Origin: Octopus sinensis
Lineage: Eukaryota
DNA: 64,000 nt
NCBI RefSeq assembly: GCF_006345805.1
Contig: NC_043019.1
Span: forward strand, 31,557,360-31,621,359
Direction: 5' to 3'
The position numbers and the translations under genes are program-made. Below, in pieces: positions 38,654 through 52,534 of the stretch. The notes under the pieces were generated by a model that did no database searches, was not told where the DNA came from, and was given only the letters and a program-made list of their open reading frames with translations. Position 1 is the first letter of the stretch; every line of letters begins with the position of its first letter.

Positions 38654-38693
<40 letters not shown>

Positions 38694-38978
38694 AGTGCTA
38701 GATTTGTTCCTTGTAGTACATCAATAAAGCACATTCATTGCCTATGGCTACTTGGCGTCATCCACAGTAATTACACACAATTGTCGCTGGGTCTGCATCA
38801 GGAATTCCTCAGTGTACATTGAGTATAAGCAAATGATAGAGATGGAAAATTCGGAAAGCTTTATTGCTCACAGCAATAGTTGTAAGTAATAAAGTTTCCT
38901 GAGTATTCTATCGTCCGTCTTTATCATTTGTTTTATGTATGTGTGAATGTGCACATGCGCATGTGTGCGTATATCAGA

Positions 38979-39119
38979 CATTATTATTGAGTTAGAAAAC
39001 AGAGTGATCTAATGGATACAAATTAATTTATTAATTGATCAAAGTGGTGAATATGTTGATTAATTAATAAATTAATTTGTAAACATTAGATCACTCTGTT
39101 TTCTAACTTGATAATGATG
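38979..39119. repeat. ~65-bp-arm inverted repeat
   Basis: agttagaaaacagagtgatctaatg...cattagatcactctgttttctaact. Confidence 0.88.
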
Positions 39120-39329
39120 CTTGATATTTTATGATATTTCATTTAATATATTCATTGAAGAAATATCTCTCTAAAATATAATATATTAAACCAGTGTATC
39201 TTGGATAAATATCCCTATGAGAGGTTTAGATACTACCCTCCTTATGACTACAACACACACACACACATATACATATATACATCCTGTGATCACGTGACCG
39301 ACCAGACTATAATTTTATTATTATTATTA

Positions 39330-39563
39330 TATATTTGGCTTTTGCTTTGCTTTTGTACAAGGAGATTACAAGTTTCACCCAGAGACCTCAAGAGACAAGT
39401 TAGGAGTTCAAGTTGGTGTTATGACTAGGGTGCCGTATTTTTGGTTTTGCACAAAGTATTGTACTTAAAAATGTCTGTTGAAACATAGGAAAGTTACAAG
39501 TTTGTTTTAAAGGTAATTTGATTATAAGATGATAGTGTGATCTTTAGATGAGAGTAAAAGGTG
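39330..39563 (-). mobile_element. Second, diverged 3'-UTR fragment of an R4/Dong-type element
   Basis: Shares ttgtacaag...tcacccagagacctcaagagacaa...gtgcc with the 3' UTR at 39636-39750; also abuts (TTA)n. Confidence 0.7.
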
Positions 39564-39582
39564 TTTATTATTATTATTATTA

Positions 39583-39635
<53 letters not shown>

Positions 39636-39636
<1 letters not shown>

Positions 39637-42230
39637 TATGTTTGACTTTTGCTTTATATTTGTACAAGTTGGCTCCAAGTCTCACCCAGAGACCTCAAGA
39701 GACAACAGGGTGGAAGTTCATGTTGTTGTTATGCCTAGTGTGCCATATATTTGGGGGTGGGGATGTTGTACTAATGAATGTCTAAAAAAAAAAAAAATTT
39801 TTTTTTTTTTTTTTTTAACCGAAAATTATGGTTGTTTTAAACCTTGGGGTTACATAGAGAGTATTTTGCGTAGGATATGAGCAGTTCCCATGAGCACTAT
39901 CTTTTGAACTTCTGCCATTTTTGGGTTTCCTGGTATCTGAGTTAGGTAGCTATCAGCCCCTTTTGCTATCATTCCCAGGGCACCTATGACAACAGGTATT
40001 GTTTTAGTCTTCAGCTTCCACATTTTGCTGATTTCTATTTCAAGATCTTTATATTTGCTCAGTTTTTGGTAGGTCTTGACAGATACGTTTATATCGATTG
40101 GGACAGTCATATCAATGAGGAGGCATGTTCTTTCTGTTTGAAGTCTTTCAATATGATGTCTGGCCTATTTGCATCTATCTTCCTGTCAGTTTGAATGGTG
40201 AAGTTCCAGAGGAGTGAGATGTGGTCATTTTCAAGCACTGGGGGGTTTGTGTTCCCACCAGTTTTTTTCATGGGCAAATCCAGGTTTTACAGATTACCCA
40301 GTGAATATATTGTGCAGCTCTATCGTGCCTGTTGAGATACTCTGTAGGCGCTAGAAGACTGCACTTGGAGACCACATGGTCAATGGTTTCATTTTGTTGC
40401 TTGCATACACGACACGTTGGACTGCTTCTGATCTTTAATATGTTGGCCTGGTAGTTTCTTGTGGTAGGCATTGATCTTGAGCTGCTATGATAAACCCCTC
40501 TGTTTCAGATTTTAAGCCAGAGGCCATTAGCCATTGATGGGTCAGGGCTTTGTCGATATCTGCATTATTCGCTCTCTTTGGGTATTTGCCATAGAGAGGT
40601 TTTTCTTGCCATTTATTATTCAGAATATCTAAGGCCGCAGTTTTGGCACGGGTTTTCATGCGCCTAGCTTTTTCTGTGCTTGTTTCTTGTATGTCTATCT
40701 CTAATTCCGAATTGGTTGTATTCGGAATTCACTTAGATATTCCTTTGCCTGTTTTGTGACTGAGTATGATGCTTTCTTGTTTTCATGTTTTGAGACAAGT
40801 TTTAACATCCAGTCCTCAGAGTTTTTCAGGTAGGTGTCTAGGCCAATTGTAGCAATCTTCATTGTTATTGCCAGTTGCAAAAGACCACGGCCTCCTCTTT
40901 TCTTGGCAGATAGAGTCGTTCTGTATCTGCCTTAGGGTGGTGCATTCTATGCATTGTCAACAGTTTCCTTATTTTTCTGTCGAGCTGACATATTTCAGTA
41001 ATTGACCAGTTAACAATATTGAAACTGTAAGTCACGACTGGTATAGCTAATGCATTGATTCTTCGATCCTGTTTCTTGCATTCAGCTCTGTCTTGAGTAT
41101 TGCTCTCACTCTTCGATAGCATTCTCTCCTGATCCTTTCCTTCATCTCTGAATGCCTTATTCCGTTCCCTTCAATTACCCTAGGTACTTGTAGCTCTCCG
41201 CTGGGTCTAGTTCTTTTATGACATTCTGTTGGTCAAGGTTAACGTTAGATGTTTCTGTCATTTTTCCTTTGATAAAGGTAGCCTTTGCACATTTATCGAG
41301 GCCGAATTGCATTCTGATGTCGTCACTGAATTGTTTGACTATCGCTAGTAAGCCCTTGAGTTGTTGATCATTTTTTGCAAAAAGCTTTAAATCATCCATG
41401 TAAACGAGATGATTTATATTTTTATCAAACATTTTATACCCGTACTGCGCGTCATTGAGCAGCTTTGAGAGAGGTATTAAGGATAAACAAAAGAGGAGTG
41501 GTGACAGTGAGTCACCCTGGAAAATGCCACACGAAATTTTTACATCACCAGCATTTAGGGATTCACTGTCACTGTTCAGAGTTAGTGTGGTTCTCCATGA
41601 TCTCATACTTACAGTCAAGAAGTTTCGCAGAGTTGGTGCTATCTTATACATTTCAAGGCATTTCCTAATCCAGCTATGTGGTAGGCTATCAAAAGCCTTT
41701 TTATAGTCTATCCAGGCTATTGATAAGTTTTTGTGTCGTTTGTGACAATCTTCTAAGATCATCTTATTGATGAGTAGTTGTCTTTACAGCCGTAGGATCC
41801 ACGTTTACATCCTTTCTGTTCATTAGGGAATATGCTGCTGTCTGTTAAAAAACTATAGGTATATTCCGTCAGGACAGATGTTAGTGTTTTGTACATAGTT
41901 GTTAAGCAGGTTATGGGTCTATAGTTTTTTGGTTCATTTGTTTCTTCACTTTTTGGAAGCAGGAATGTTAACCCATTAACTAGCCAAGGAGGCATCCTAC
42001 TAGGGTGTTGCAAAACATCATTGTACAGTTCTGTTAGCAGTTCATGGCTCTCTGGGAAGGCATTCAGCCAGAAGTTAGGAATTTTATCCTTTCCTGGAGA
42101 CTTCCATTTGCTTGACCTCCTGAGAGCAGATCTTATATCTTCTACCTTGACACCCTCCCACTTTTGCTCTTCTAAGGGGTCCAGTTCTGTAGATATTCTG
42201 TCAATCCAGGGGGCCTTTTCGTTGTGTGTT
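39636..42230 (-). mobile_element. 5'-truncated R4/Dong-clade non-LTR retrotransposon (RT + CCHC zinc knuckle + RLE endonuclease)
   Basis: ORF pieces: KSPGKDKIPNFWL, NYRPITCL, GIFQGDSLSPLLF, YMDDLKLF, YKYLG, CRVCKQQNETIDHVVSKC, NRPDII...IDMTVP, KYKDL...IPVVIGALG; several frameshifts; flanked by (TTA)n on both sides. Confidence 0.92.
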
Positions 42231-42317
42231 TTATTATTATTATTATTATTATCATTATTATTATTATTATTATCATTATTATTATTATTATTATTACTGT
42301 TGTTATTATTTTTAGTA

Positions 42318-42696
42318 GTGCAGTAGTGACTGTGTGGTAAGAAGCTTGCTTCCCTACCACATGGTTCTGGGTTCAGTCCCACTGCATGGAGTATTTTCTA
42401 CTATAGCCTCCAAAGCCTTGTGAGTGGATTAGGTAGACGGAAACTGACAGAAGCCTGCTGTATATATGTGTGTGGGTGTGTGTGTGTGTATTTGTGTATG
42501 TGTCTGTGTTTCTCCTCCCAACATTGCTTGACAACCAATGTTGATGTGTTTCCATCCCCGTAACTTAACAGTTTGGCAAAAGCAACCAATAGAATAAGTA
42601 CTAGGTTTACAAAGAATAAGTCCTGGGGTCGATTTGTTCGTCTAAGGGCGGTGTTCCAGTATGGCCACAGCCAAATGACTGAAACAAGTAGAAGAA

Positions 42697-42697
<1 letters not shown>
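42318..42697 (+). mobile_element. SINE family A
   Basis: Same head, body and tail; adjacent to the (TTA)n at the 5' truncation of the R4 element. Confidence 0.88.
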
Positions 42698-42729
<32 letters not shown>

Positions 42730-43134
42730 CCAAGCCAAAAGAATACATACACACACATATACATATACATTTGTGTGTGTATGTATGTATACATTTATAC
42801 ATGTGTGTGTGTGTATATATACACACACACACATGCATACACATATATGCATACTCCTTAACCGGCCAAAACTTCAAAGTCACTGTCAATAATATTCATG
42901 TTTATGAATAACAAATTTATATTCTATAAAAGTATAGAGTAACCCATCAGGATAATGTAAAATTGTTTTTATCATAACTGAACATAAAAACACTTATGTA
43001 ATACATACATACATACACACACACACAAATATATATATATACATACACACACACAAATTTATATATATATACATACATACACACAAATTTATATATATAA
43101 TATACATACACACATGCAAATTTATATATATATA

Positions 43135-43183
<49 letters not shown>

Positions 43184-43427
43184 ATATATACACACCACAC
43201 ACATACAAACAACAAATACATATATACAGTTGCATGCTGGTTATAAAATCTCATACGTTCCAAAACGTCCATAAATTCTAAACATATATTTATTGTAAAT
43301 GAAACGACAACAGTAGTAGTAGTAGTAATAATAATAATAATAATAATATAATAATATAATAATAATAATATAAAATAATAAAAAATAATAATAATAAAAA
43401 TAATAATAATAAAAATAATAAAAATAA

Positions 43428-43469
<42 letters not shown>

Positions 43470-43473
43470 TAAA

Positions 43474-43513
<40 letters not shown>

Positions 43514-44772
43514 TTAATAATAATGATAACGACTAAAAATTTAGAATATTGTCATGTTGTATTAAGATTATTGTTTTGGAACACAGTCTCGCAATAGAAC
43601 AAATAATCAGACAATCTTTCTCTGTGTTGCTGTAGATATTCAGTGATTAAACCAAATCATTTCCTTTATGGGAATAATATTTGGATATATGTATCTAGGA
43701 GAGGAAACCAGTAATGACAACATGATTTTTAATGGGATCTAGGAAAATAATTCCCAACACAGAAATCAAATTCATTCTGTTTGTTAATCGTTTATTTGAT
43801 GTATTAGCACAGTTGTTGTAGTTGCCATTGTCATCATTCATTGTATGCATGTATGTTGTGAATGTGCTTATACATATATATATATGCATATATGTGTGTG
43901 TGTGTGTGTGTTTGTGTGTGTATATATATATATATATATCACGTGATCACGTAACCGACCAGACCATCAAATGTTGCTACACATCGCTGGTCACAATGCG
44001 TTCGCATTGTTTTAGCCTTCGAACGACGCCACCCCGCTGGCTAAGCAAGCAGGCCAACAGATGAAAGTGGTAGAAAGAGTGGTGAAAGAGTACAGCTGGA
44101 ATCACCACCCCCTGCCGGAGCCTCGTGGTGTTTTCAGTCAATAAACACTCACAACGCCTGGTCTGGGAATCGAAACCGCGATCCTGTGACCGCGAGTCCG
44201 CTGCCCTAACCACTAGGCCATTGTGCCTCCACATATATATATTTATATATATATACACACTCTTTTACTCTTTTACTTGTTCAGTCATTTGACTGCGGCC
44301 ATGCAGTCAAATGGGACTTATTCTTTGTAAGCCCAGTACTTATTCTATCAGTCTCTTTTTGCCAGACCGCTAAGTGACGGGGCGTAAACACACCAGCATC
44401 GGTTGTCAAGCGATGGTGGGTGGACAAACACAGACACATAAACATATACACACACACATACATATATATATATACATATATACGACAGGCTTCTTTCAGT
44501 TTCCGTCTACCAAATCCACTCACAAGGCATTGGCCGGTCCGAGGCTAAAGCAGAAGACACTTGCCCAAGATGCCACGTAGTGGGACTGAACCCAGAACCA
44601 TGTGGTTGGTAAGCAAGCTACTTATGTATAAAATATATATATAAAAATACAAAACGGGACAAGAACGCAAAACATTCAAATAGACGACACAAAAACGGGC
44701 GGGTCATTCGAAGCCTCTAATCTTCAGTCAAGAACCGGATCATCCTCGCAATTTCGGCTGATTAATCTTATG

Positions 44773-44804
<32 letters not shown>

Positions 44805-45069
44805 TAGTTGTAGGTGTGTGGTAAGTAGCTTGCTTACCAACTACATGGTTCCAAGTTCAGTCCCACTGCATGGCACCTAGGGCAAGTGTCTTCTGCTATA
44901 GCCTCGGGCCATGAAATGATTACCTTGTACACTCTGTAAAATGGTTGGTGTTAGAAAGGGTATCCAGCTGCAGAAACCATGCCAAAGCAGACAGCTTAAT
45001 GCAGTTCTCTTGCTTTCCAGCTCCTTTTGAATTTCCCCAACCATTATCAACATGGAAAATGAACTTTAA

Positions 45070-45291
45070 CCCTTTCGATACCAACCCGGCTAAAACCACC
45101 TCTAGCTCTGTAGTACAAATGTCTTGTTTTCATAAGTTTTGAATTAAAATCTTTCACCAAACCTTAGTCACAATTTATGTTCCTAACACTAGCTTAATGA
45201 TAACCAGGTCATCTTACTAAATTCTTTGTTATATTTAAAATTAATTGAAAGTAACACAGAGCATCTCAAAATAAATACCGTAATGAAAGGG
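45070..45291. mobile_element. piggyBac-type MITE
   Basis: TTAA|CCCTTTCG...TGAAAGGG|TTAA; inverted-orientation copy at 25739-25967. Confidence 0.85.
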
Positions 45292-47204
45292 TTAAATGAT
45301 GATGATGGTACCATGTAAGAAGCACCTGTGCTGGTGCCACACAAAAAGTACTTCTGATGGTGCCACATTAAAAAACATCTGTGCTGGTGCTACGTAAAAA
45401 ACACATGTACAGGTACCATGTAAAAAGGCCCCAATACATTTTGTAAAGTTGTTGGCATTAAGAAGAGCATCTGGCCTCAGAGACTATGCCAAACAGATAA
45501 TTGGAGCCTGATGCAGCTCTCAGGTTGACCAGCCCCGATCAAAATCTTCAACCTATGCCAGCATGGATGATGGACATTAAATAATGATGATGATGAAAAT
45601 GTGTGTGCATGTTTGCTTGTGTGTGTGCAAATATGAATGTATGTTTATGTTTATATATATCTATATATCTGTTCATATATACACACACATACACATACAC
45701 ACACATCTTTCTCTATCCACAGGGAGGCAAAGTGGCTGAGTTCCTTTCAAGTGTTGGGCCTCACAGAAACAATGACCAAGGTCTTTGGCATTATGTCGTG
45801 CTTGAGAAGAAGACCCATCAAGATACCGGTGTCATGAAAATTGGCACCCATGCTGGTGGCACGTAAAAGCACCCATTCCACTCTCAGAGTGGTTGGCATT
45901 AAGAAGGGCAACCAGCTTTAGAAAACTATGCCAAACTAGACTGAAACCTGGTGCACCCTTCCAGCATGCCAGCCCAATCAAACCATCCAGCCCTTACTAG
46001 CATGGACAACGGCCGTAAAATGATGATGTTGATGTGTATATGTGTGTATGTGTGTGTGTGTGTGTGTGTGGTGTGTGTGTGTCTGTCTGTCTGTCTGTGT
46101 ATTTACATATAGATATATGTAATATATAGAGAGAGATGTATGGTGATATATTTAATTAAGAAATGTGACATCAACTGCAGTTTGGTGTCAGAAAAGCAAC
46201 TCAAGCAACATGTCAGGAATTTAATGAGAATCAGTGATGGTAAATAAGCAGTGAAGCTGTGTGACCTGGGTTGGTTGGTTGGTTGGTTGGTTGGTAGCCA
46301 ATGATTTTGTGTGAGAGCAATTGAAGAGGAAGAAGACATGGTTAAGAATTGAAGTGAACTTCTGGAGGGTGAAAATGGAAAATAATGAGGTAGAACAAGA
46401 AAATTTAGGAGAGATTTTTGTAGAGGGACAGAAAGATGTGGGCAATTCTATTTACCCCTCGAGGAACAGCTATCAAAAAAATAGTGTTCCTCATCATCAT
46501 CATTCAACATCCATTTTCCATGCTGACATGGATCGGATGGTTTGACCAGAGCTGGAGAGCTGCACTAGATTTTGAGTTTGATTTGGTTTGGTTTTTATGG
46601 CTGGATGCCTTCTCAAACACCAACCATTTTACAGAGTGCACTGGGTGCTTTTTTTTTATGTGACACCGGCACAGGTGCTTTTAGATGGTGCCAGCATGAG
46701 CAGAATTATGTGGTACCAGTGAGTCTAGGACATTTAGCCCCCAATGAAAATAACACCCTCAAGGACAATTACCCCTCAGAACAATAGATGATGATTTAAA
46801 ACTTGTATGTGTGTATGTGTGTGTGTGTGTATGTATATATATATTTTTGTATGTATGTATGTATGTATATAGCCATATATATATATATTTATATATATAT
46901 ATATATAGCCATATATCTATATGTATGTATATATATATGCATATATGGGAAGAGAGAGAGAGAGAGTCAAAAAAGAGAAAGAAGGAGAACAAGAAAAGAG
47001 ATATTTCTGCACTCTTGTCTTTTCTATATATAATCTGTGTTCCAGATATTTTGGAAAACAATTTGATTTCTATTCGTGGACCTGACTTTCAAACAATTAA
47101 AGAACACATGGGGTTTTAAACATTGGTTATCTACTGTGTTCCTATGTGCTGCACAGGTATATATATAATATATAATATATAATATATATGTATTATATAT
47201 ATAT

Positions 47205-47243
<39 letters not shown>

Positions 47244-47307
47244 AGTATGTGCATGTATCTATGTATCTTTCTCTGTCTCTTTTTTATATATACTGAATAT
47301 ATAATAT

Positions 47308-47339
<32 letters not shown>

Positions 47340-47813
47340 GATATATATATATAAATATACATGTATATATAAAAAGAAACAGAAAAATAGATAAACAGAT
47401 AGACAGATAGAAAGATGGTTACATAGATACATGTATATATAATATATATATATATATATAACTACACTAATATTTTATATATAGATTATATATATATATA
47501 CATACACTTATTGCATATGTATATACACACACACATATATGCACACACTCACATAAATATATATTTTCATGCATTTCGGCTTAAGCAGTATCAGACTTGT
47601 GTAAATAACTGCTTAATTTTTGTTCTCTCTCTCTCTCTCTCTCTCTCTGCCCATCTCTCTCTCACTCTCTCTCCCTCCTATCTTCATCTCTCCCCATCCA
47701 CTTCTCTCAAAGTCATAGTTAGGATATTGGCGGTGGCAGGGGTGGCTATTGATATATTTTCTCTTCATAAGGTACTATAATAGAATTTCAATGAACATAG
47801 ATACTGTATATTG

Positions 47814-47851
<38 letters not shown>

Positions 47852-48714
47852 AAAGATATATAGATATCTACATATTTTTTACTATGTTTTCTCCTGAAAG
47901 AATTTACATACATGGGGCAATGGAAAAAGGAAAAAGAGAGAGAATATATTCTGACGAATTAACCTATTGATTTTCACATCAAAAGACAATCAACTATTGT
48001 TTATTGTTTCTAGATGTCTTTCTTATACCTTTTGAGGCTTTGTTGTCATGGAACATGACTTCCCGGTGGTAACGGTGGGGATGGAGAAAGGGTATCTTCA
48101 AAGCAGTATCTTTACATATGTGTGAAATGCATGTGTCACCATCATCATCATCATCGTCTATCATCATCATCATCATCATCAACGCTTTATCATCATCATT
48201 GCCATTATTATCATCATCATTATTATCATTATTGTCGTTGTTATTGTTGTTGTTGCCGTTGTTGTCATCACCATCACCATGGCCATCATCATTTTCATCA
48301 TCCTTATCATCGTAGTCATCTTCATCCTAATCATCAGCATTATCATGAGCAGCAGCATCAACTTCAAAAGCATATTTTTACATACGTGTGAATGCATGTC
48401 ATCATCATCATCACCATCATCAACACCATCATCGTCATCATCAACACCATCATCGTCATCACCATCACCATCATCACCATCATCATCATCATCTTCAAAG
48501 CGTATTATTACATATGAATTAAGCTGCACACTTGGCAAAACTTGGAAATCGGTGTCAATAAAGTGAAAGTATATATTAGATTTTTCACACTTGTATTGTC
48601 TCCTTTATTCAGTCAATGTTTATTGGTTTTTATGGAAAACACACACACACATACACACACACGTCTGTGCATGTTTGACTAGATGGATGAATGTATGGAT
48701 GTACACTCATTATT

Positions 48715-49110
48715 TCAGAAAATGAGTTCGATAAAGAAACACCATTTGCACAAGACTTTTAGGCATGAGGAAATAATCCAGTTCTACCAAAGTAGAACAA
48801 TGAATATAATGAGTTCTTGCAGGACGAACTGCTACTTCTCGGCATTGATGGGGGTCACTGCTTCAGTTCTACTGAGATGCAGTAAGAATGTTGCAGAAAA
48901 GAATTTCAAGAAGGATTCTTCAAGCTGAGTCAACCAGGAGGTGATACAAGGGGCAGATCAAGAATGAGATGGTTGGATGACATCTGTAATCTAAGTTGGT
49001 CAAGCTTGGGATTCTACATGGAAAGCTTAATGACAATTGCTTCTGGTAGGACCCTATGGAGGAGGTACCTGAGATCTCTCACCACCCTCCACCCCCTCCA
49101 TGATCCTTCT
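48715..49110 (+). mobile_element. Degenerate RTE-type LINE RT C-terminal fragment
   Basis: ILQG...MRWLDDIC...ASGRTLWRR, like the GRP..RW.D..DR..WR tail of RTE ORF2. Confidence 0.6.
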
Positions 49111-49237
49111 AGGAATAGTGAGAAGAGAAATGAAGAGAAACTGGATGAATTGATGGAAGGATGGATACATGTATTTATATCATACATACCTGTATACTAT
49201 ATAAAATATAGACATAAATATTCATAAACATATGCAT

Positions 49238-49270
<33 letters not shown>

Positions 49271-49289
49271 TATATATATAGATATTTAA

Positions 49290-49357
49290 ACTACCTGATG
49301 AATGACTGCGACTCAAAAATTTGAAGAAGTTAGCAGGCATGAAACGATCGTAGTGTG
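49290..49357 (+). ncRNA. Minimal type I hammerhead ribozyme motif (Penelope-type)
   Basis: CTGATGA-ATGACTGC...GCAGGCAT-GAAA-C-GATC-G-TA-GTGT; intact core, 7/8-bp stem II, palindromic GATC loop, GUA site; stem I weak. Confidence 0.68.
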
Positions 49358-49545
49358 ATATTAATTATATTTTTTTAATAATTTAGTTATATATTTAAAT
49401 AATATAAATTAAATAATCTTATGTATTGGCTTAAGTTTTTCATTGTTTGATTTGCCTAATAGTGGTTTTGTCTCTAATTTAATATAATATATATATATAT
49501 ATATATATATAAACCCAAAATAAGCAACAAGGATATCCAAATGTA

Positions 49546-50058
49546 ATGCAGTACGATCGTTTCATGTGACTCCATTTAATTAAACAAATATCAATGGAAA
49601 TAGTAGTTGTGATACCTGTGTCGGTGGCACATAAAAAGCACCATCCGAACGTGGCCGTTGCCAGTGCCGCCTCGACTGGCTTCTGTGCCGGTGGCACATA
49701 AAAAGCACCATCCGAACGTGGCCGATGCCAGCACCGCTTGTGCTGGCTTCCGTGCCGGTGGCACGTTAAAAGCACCAACCGATCATGGTCGATGCCAGAC
49801 CCCCCCTGGCACCTGTGCAGGTGGCACATAAAAAGCACCCACTACACTCGCGGAGTGGTTGGCGTTAGGAAGGGCATCCAGCTGTAGAAACACTGCCAGA
49901 TCAGACTGGAGCCTGGTGCAGCCCTGGCTTCCCAGACTCCAGTCGAACCGTCCAACCCATGCTGGCGCGGAAAGCAGACTTTAAACGATGATGATGATGA
50001 TGATGATGAATGCAAGTATTACATCAGTTTTAAGATGTAGAGCAATCTTCAGCTGCAT
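49546..50058 (-). ncRNA. Hammerhead ribozyme motif split by a later retroposon insertion
   Basis: Minus strand ATGCAG-CTGAAGA (50058-50046) ... GAAAC-GATC-GTA-CTGCAT (49563-49546); perfect 6-bp stem I; ~420-bp RTE-like tail inserted in the stem II region. Confidence 0.65.
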
Positions 50059-51999
50059 ATAAATATAGAATTTAGTTAAATTGAAAAGATTCATTTTTAT
50101 ACTTATTCCATTTACCAACATCATTAATTACTACCATGTTTCTGTTGATGAAACGTGTTTCTCTGAGAAACTGGCCCTTGTGAGTTGACACGACTCGAGA
50201 AGGTAGCTTTATCTTTACCTGTACCAAGTCTGTTTACATGTGACTGAGGACCACTACAACTTCAAACATTCAGAGCTGGCTCACCCTCCCCCAGGCGAAT
50301 GCCAGCACAAGTACAAATACGCGGAAACCACATAACTGGCTTTTTGAGTGCTAGGACACAAAACGGCACTTAACTTACTTCATTATTTTTATCAGTTTCA
50401 ATCTTTAACAGTAGAGAAGAGACACAATGGCCAAGAGAGTCCTAACTATATGAAATGAGGAGATAATACCTATATAAATATGCTGCAAAAATCTAGACGT
50501 GTCCACAACAATAATTCCTGCAACAAGATGAGAGGGTCACAGCTGTAATGCAGTTGTTTATAGATTTATTTGATCAAAACTGACTTCAAGATAAACAACT
50601 GCATTAATCATTTTCCCCCAGTAAGTCCATCTCTGCCAAATTCTCTTCTAGTGTTTTTCCCTGCAGACGTTGACTTAGAGTTGCCTAAGTTGAACATTAA
50701 CCTGAGAGTGGCTACAAAGGCCTTGGGCACTCTCCCTCTTCAAAGAATTTCATACAGAAAGAAAATTGCTTTGATTCCTTGACCTGACACAGTTTTATTG
50801 ATAGAATAACTTTGTACAGAACTAGTTTGCTGTTATCACCAAAAATAGATGTAACCTTAGCTTAATCGATGATTTATCATCTTATCCTCTTAGTAAAAAA
50901 GACATTTTTATGAGCCATTTTTATAAGCCGAGTTTTTGAAAGGTCAAGAAGACTCAAACGGCTTCTTGACCTTCTAAAAAATAGCAGCCAAATCTCCTCA
51001 AACTACACTTTTATTTTCTTAAAAACTGACACATTCAGTAAAGATTGGCGGAATGATTAACACGTCAAACAAAAATCTTTTGTGGAATTTAGCTCCAACC
51101 CTTTACAGTCTAAGATCAAATCCAGCTAAGATCAACTTCACCTGTTATACTTTTTTTTATCAATGAAATAGAGTGCAATCAAATACTGAGATTGATTTAA
51201 TTGACAGCCCCTCTTCTGATTGGGAAGTGGGGGATGTTGGCCTGTTTGCCTAGCCAGTAGGGTGGTATCATTTGAATGCTAAAACAATGCAAAAAAACAC
51301 ATTGTGACCAGTGATGTGTAACAACATCAGACAGCCTGGTTGGTCAGATGATCAAGTGATCTCATAGTAGTGTCTATGAAGTAAGAGTCTAGCACTAAGA
51401 ATCTCAAACAAACCTACTTGGTGCTGCTTCTGCAGTGAGGATGGATGAGGGTGCAATCTTCAACATCCACAGCATTTTGGTGATGAGCAGAAAGTTCAGA
51501 TAACTAACTGGCACTCTGTCAGTTATGATGACATGGCTTCCTGTTGATCCAATCAATGGAGCAGTCTGCTTGTGAAATTAACGTACAAGTGGCTGAGTAC
51601 TCCACAGGCATGCGTACCATTAAAGCAGTTGTCAGAGAGGTTCAGCACAACACATTGAATGCAGTAAGGCTGGCCCTTTGAAATACAGGTACTACTTAAT
51701 TTTGCCAGCTGAGCAGACTAGAGCAACAGGAAATGAAATGCCTTGCTCAAGGACACAATTCACCACCAGAACTTATTTTATCAAGCCTGAAAGGATTTAA
51801 GGCAAAGTTGACCTCAGTGGAATTTGAACTCAGAATGCAAAGCTGGACTAAATGTCACTAACCATTTTGTTTGACATGCTAACAATTCTGCCAGCATCCC
51901 ACATTAACTGAAGAATATATTCTACAGTAGCACTGAAAAAGCAAAATATATATGTGTGTGTGTGTGTTGTGTGTGTGTGTGTGTGTGTGTGTTTGTGTG

Positions 52000-52310
52000 T
52001 GAAGGCACATGGCTCAGTGGTTGGAGCGTCGGGCTCACAATCATGAGGTAGTGAGTTCAATTACTGAACCGGGTTGTGTTGTGTTTTTGAGCAAGACACT
52101 TTATTTCATGTTGCTCCAGTTCACTCATCTGTAGAAATGAGTTGCAACATCCTTTCTTTGGATAACATCGGTGGTATGGAGCAGGGAGGCTGGTATGCAT
52201 GGAAAACTGCTGGTCTCCCATAAAAGACAACCTTGCCTGGACTTGTGCCTCAGAGGGTAACTTTCGAGGTGCAATCCCATGGTCATTCAGGACTAAAGGG
52301 GGTCTTTACC
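52000..52310 (+). mobile_element. tRNA-derived SINE family E
   Basis: gaaggcacatggctcagtggttggagc...gagttcaatt...gagcaagacactttatttca; relatives at ~18345-18510, 20843-21150, 27666-27990, 51500-51770(-). Confidence 0.8.
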
Positions 52311-52534
52311 ATCATCATCATCATTTAACATCCACCTTCCATGCTGGCATGGGTTGGATGGTTTGACTGAGGATTGGCAACCCAGAAGGCTGTATCAGGC
52401 TCCAATCTGATCTGGCTAAGTTTCTATAGCTGGATGCCCTTCCTAATGCCAACCACTCCAAGAGTGTAGTAGGTGCTTTTTACGTGTCACTGGCACAGAT
52501 GCCAGTCAGGTGGCACTGGCATCAGCATGACAAT

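Noticed and set aside
44640-44770. Minus-strand CTGAAGA and GAAA motifs (related copy with CTGATGA at ~11100-11222)
   Set aside because: After CTGANGA comes GAAT rather than GAAA, and no consistent three-stem fold could be built, so not called an HHR.
47046-47156. Plus-strand acceptors at ~38440, 47045, 48013, 50666 and 61527 as the next C2B exon
   Set aside because: None gives the expected phase-0 V.HS..LLR.G...G.FK.D peptide; all hit early stops in that phase.
47562-47600. Minus-strand CTGATAC-TGC-TTAA-GCC-GAAATGCATG, HHR-like
   Set aside because: Core mismatches and no stem I pairing.
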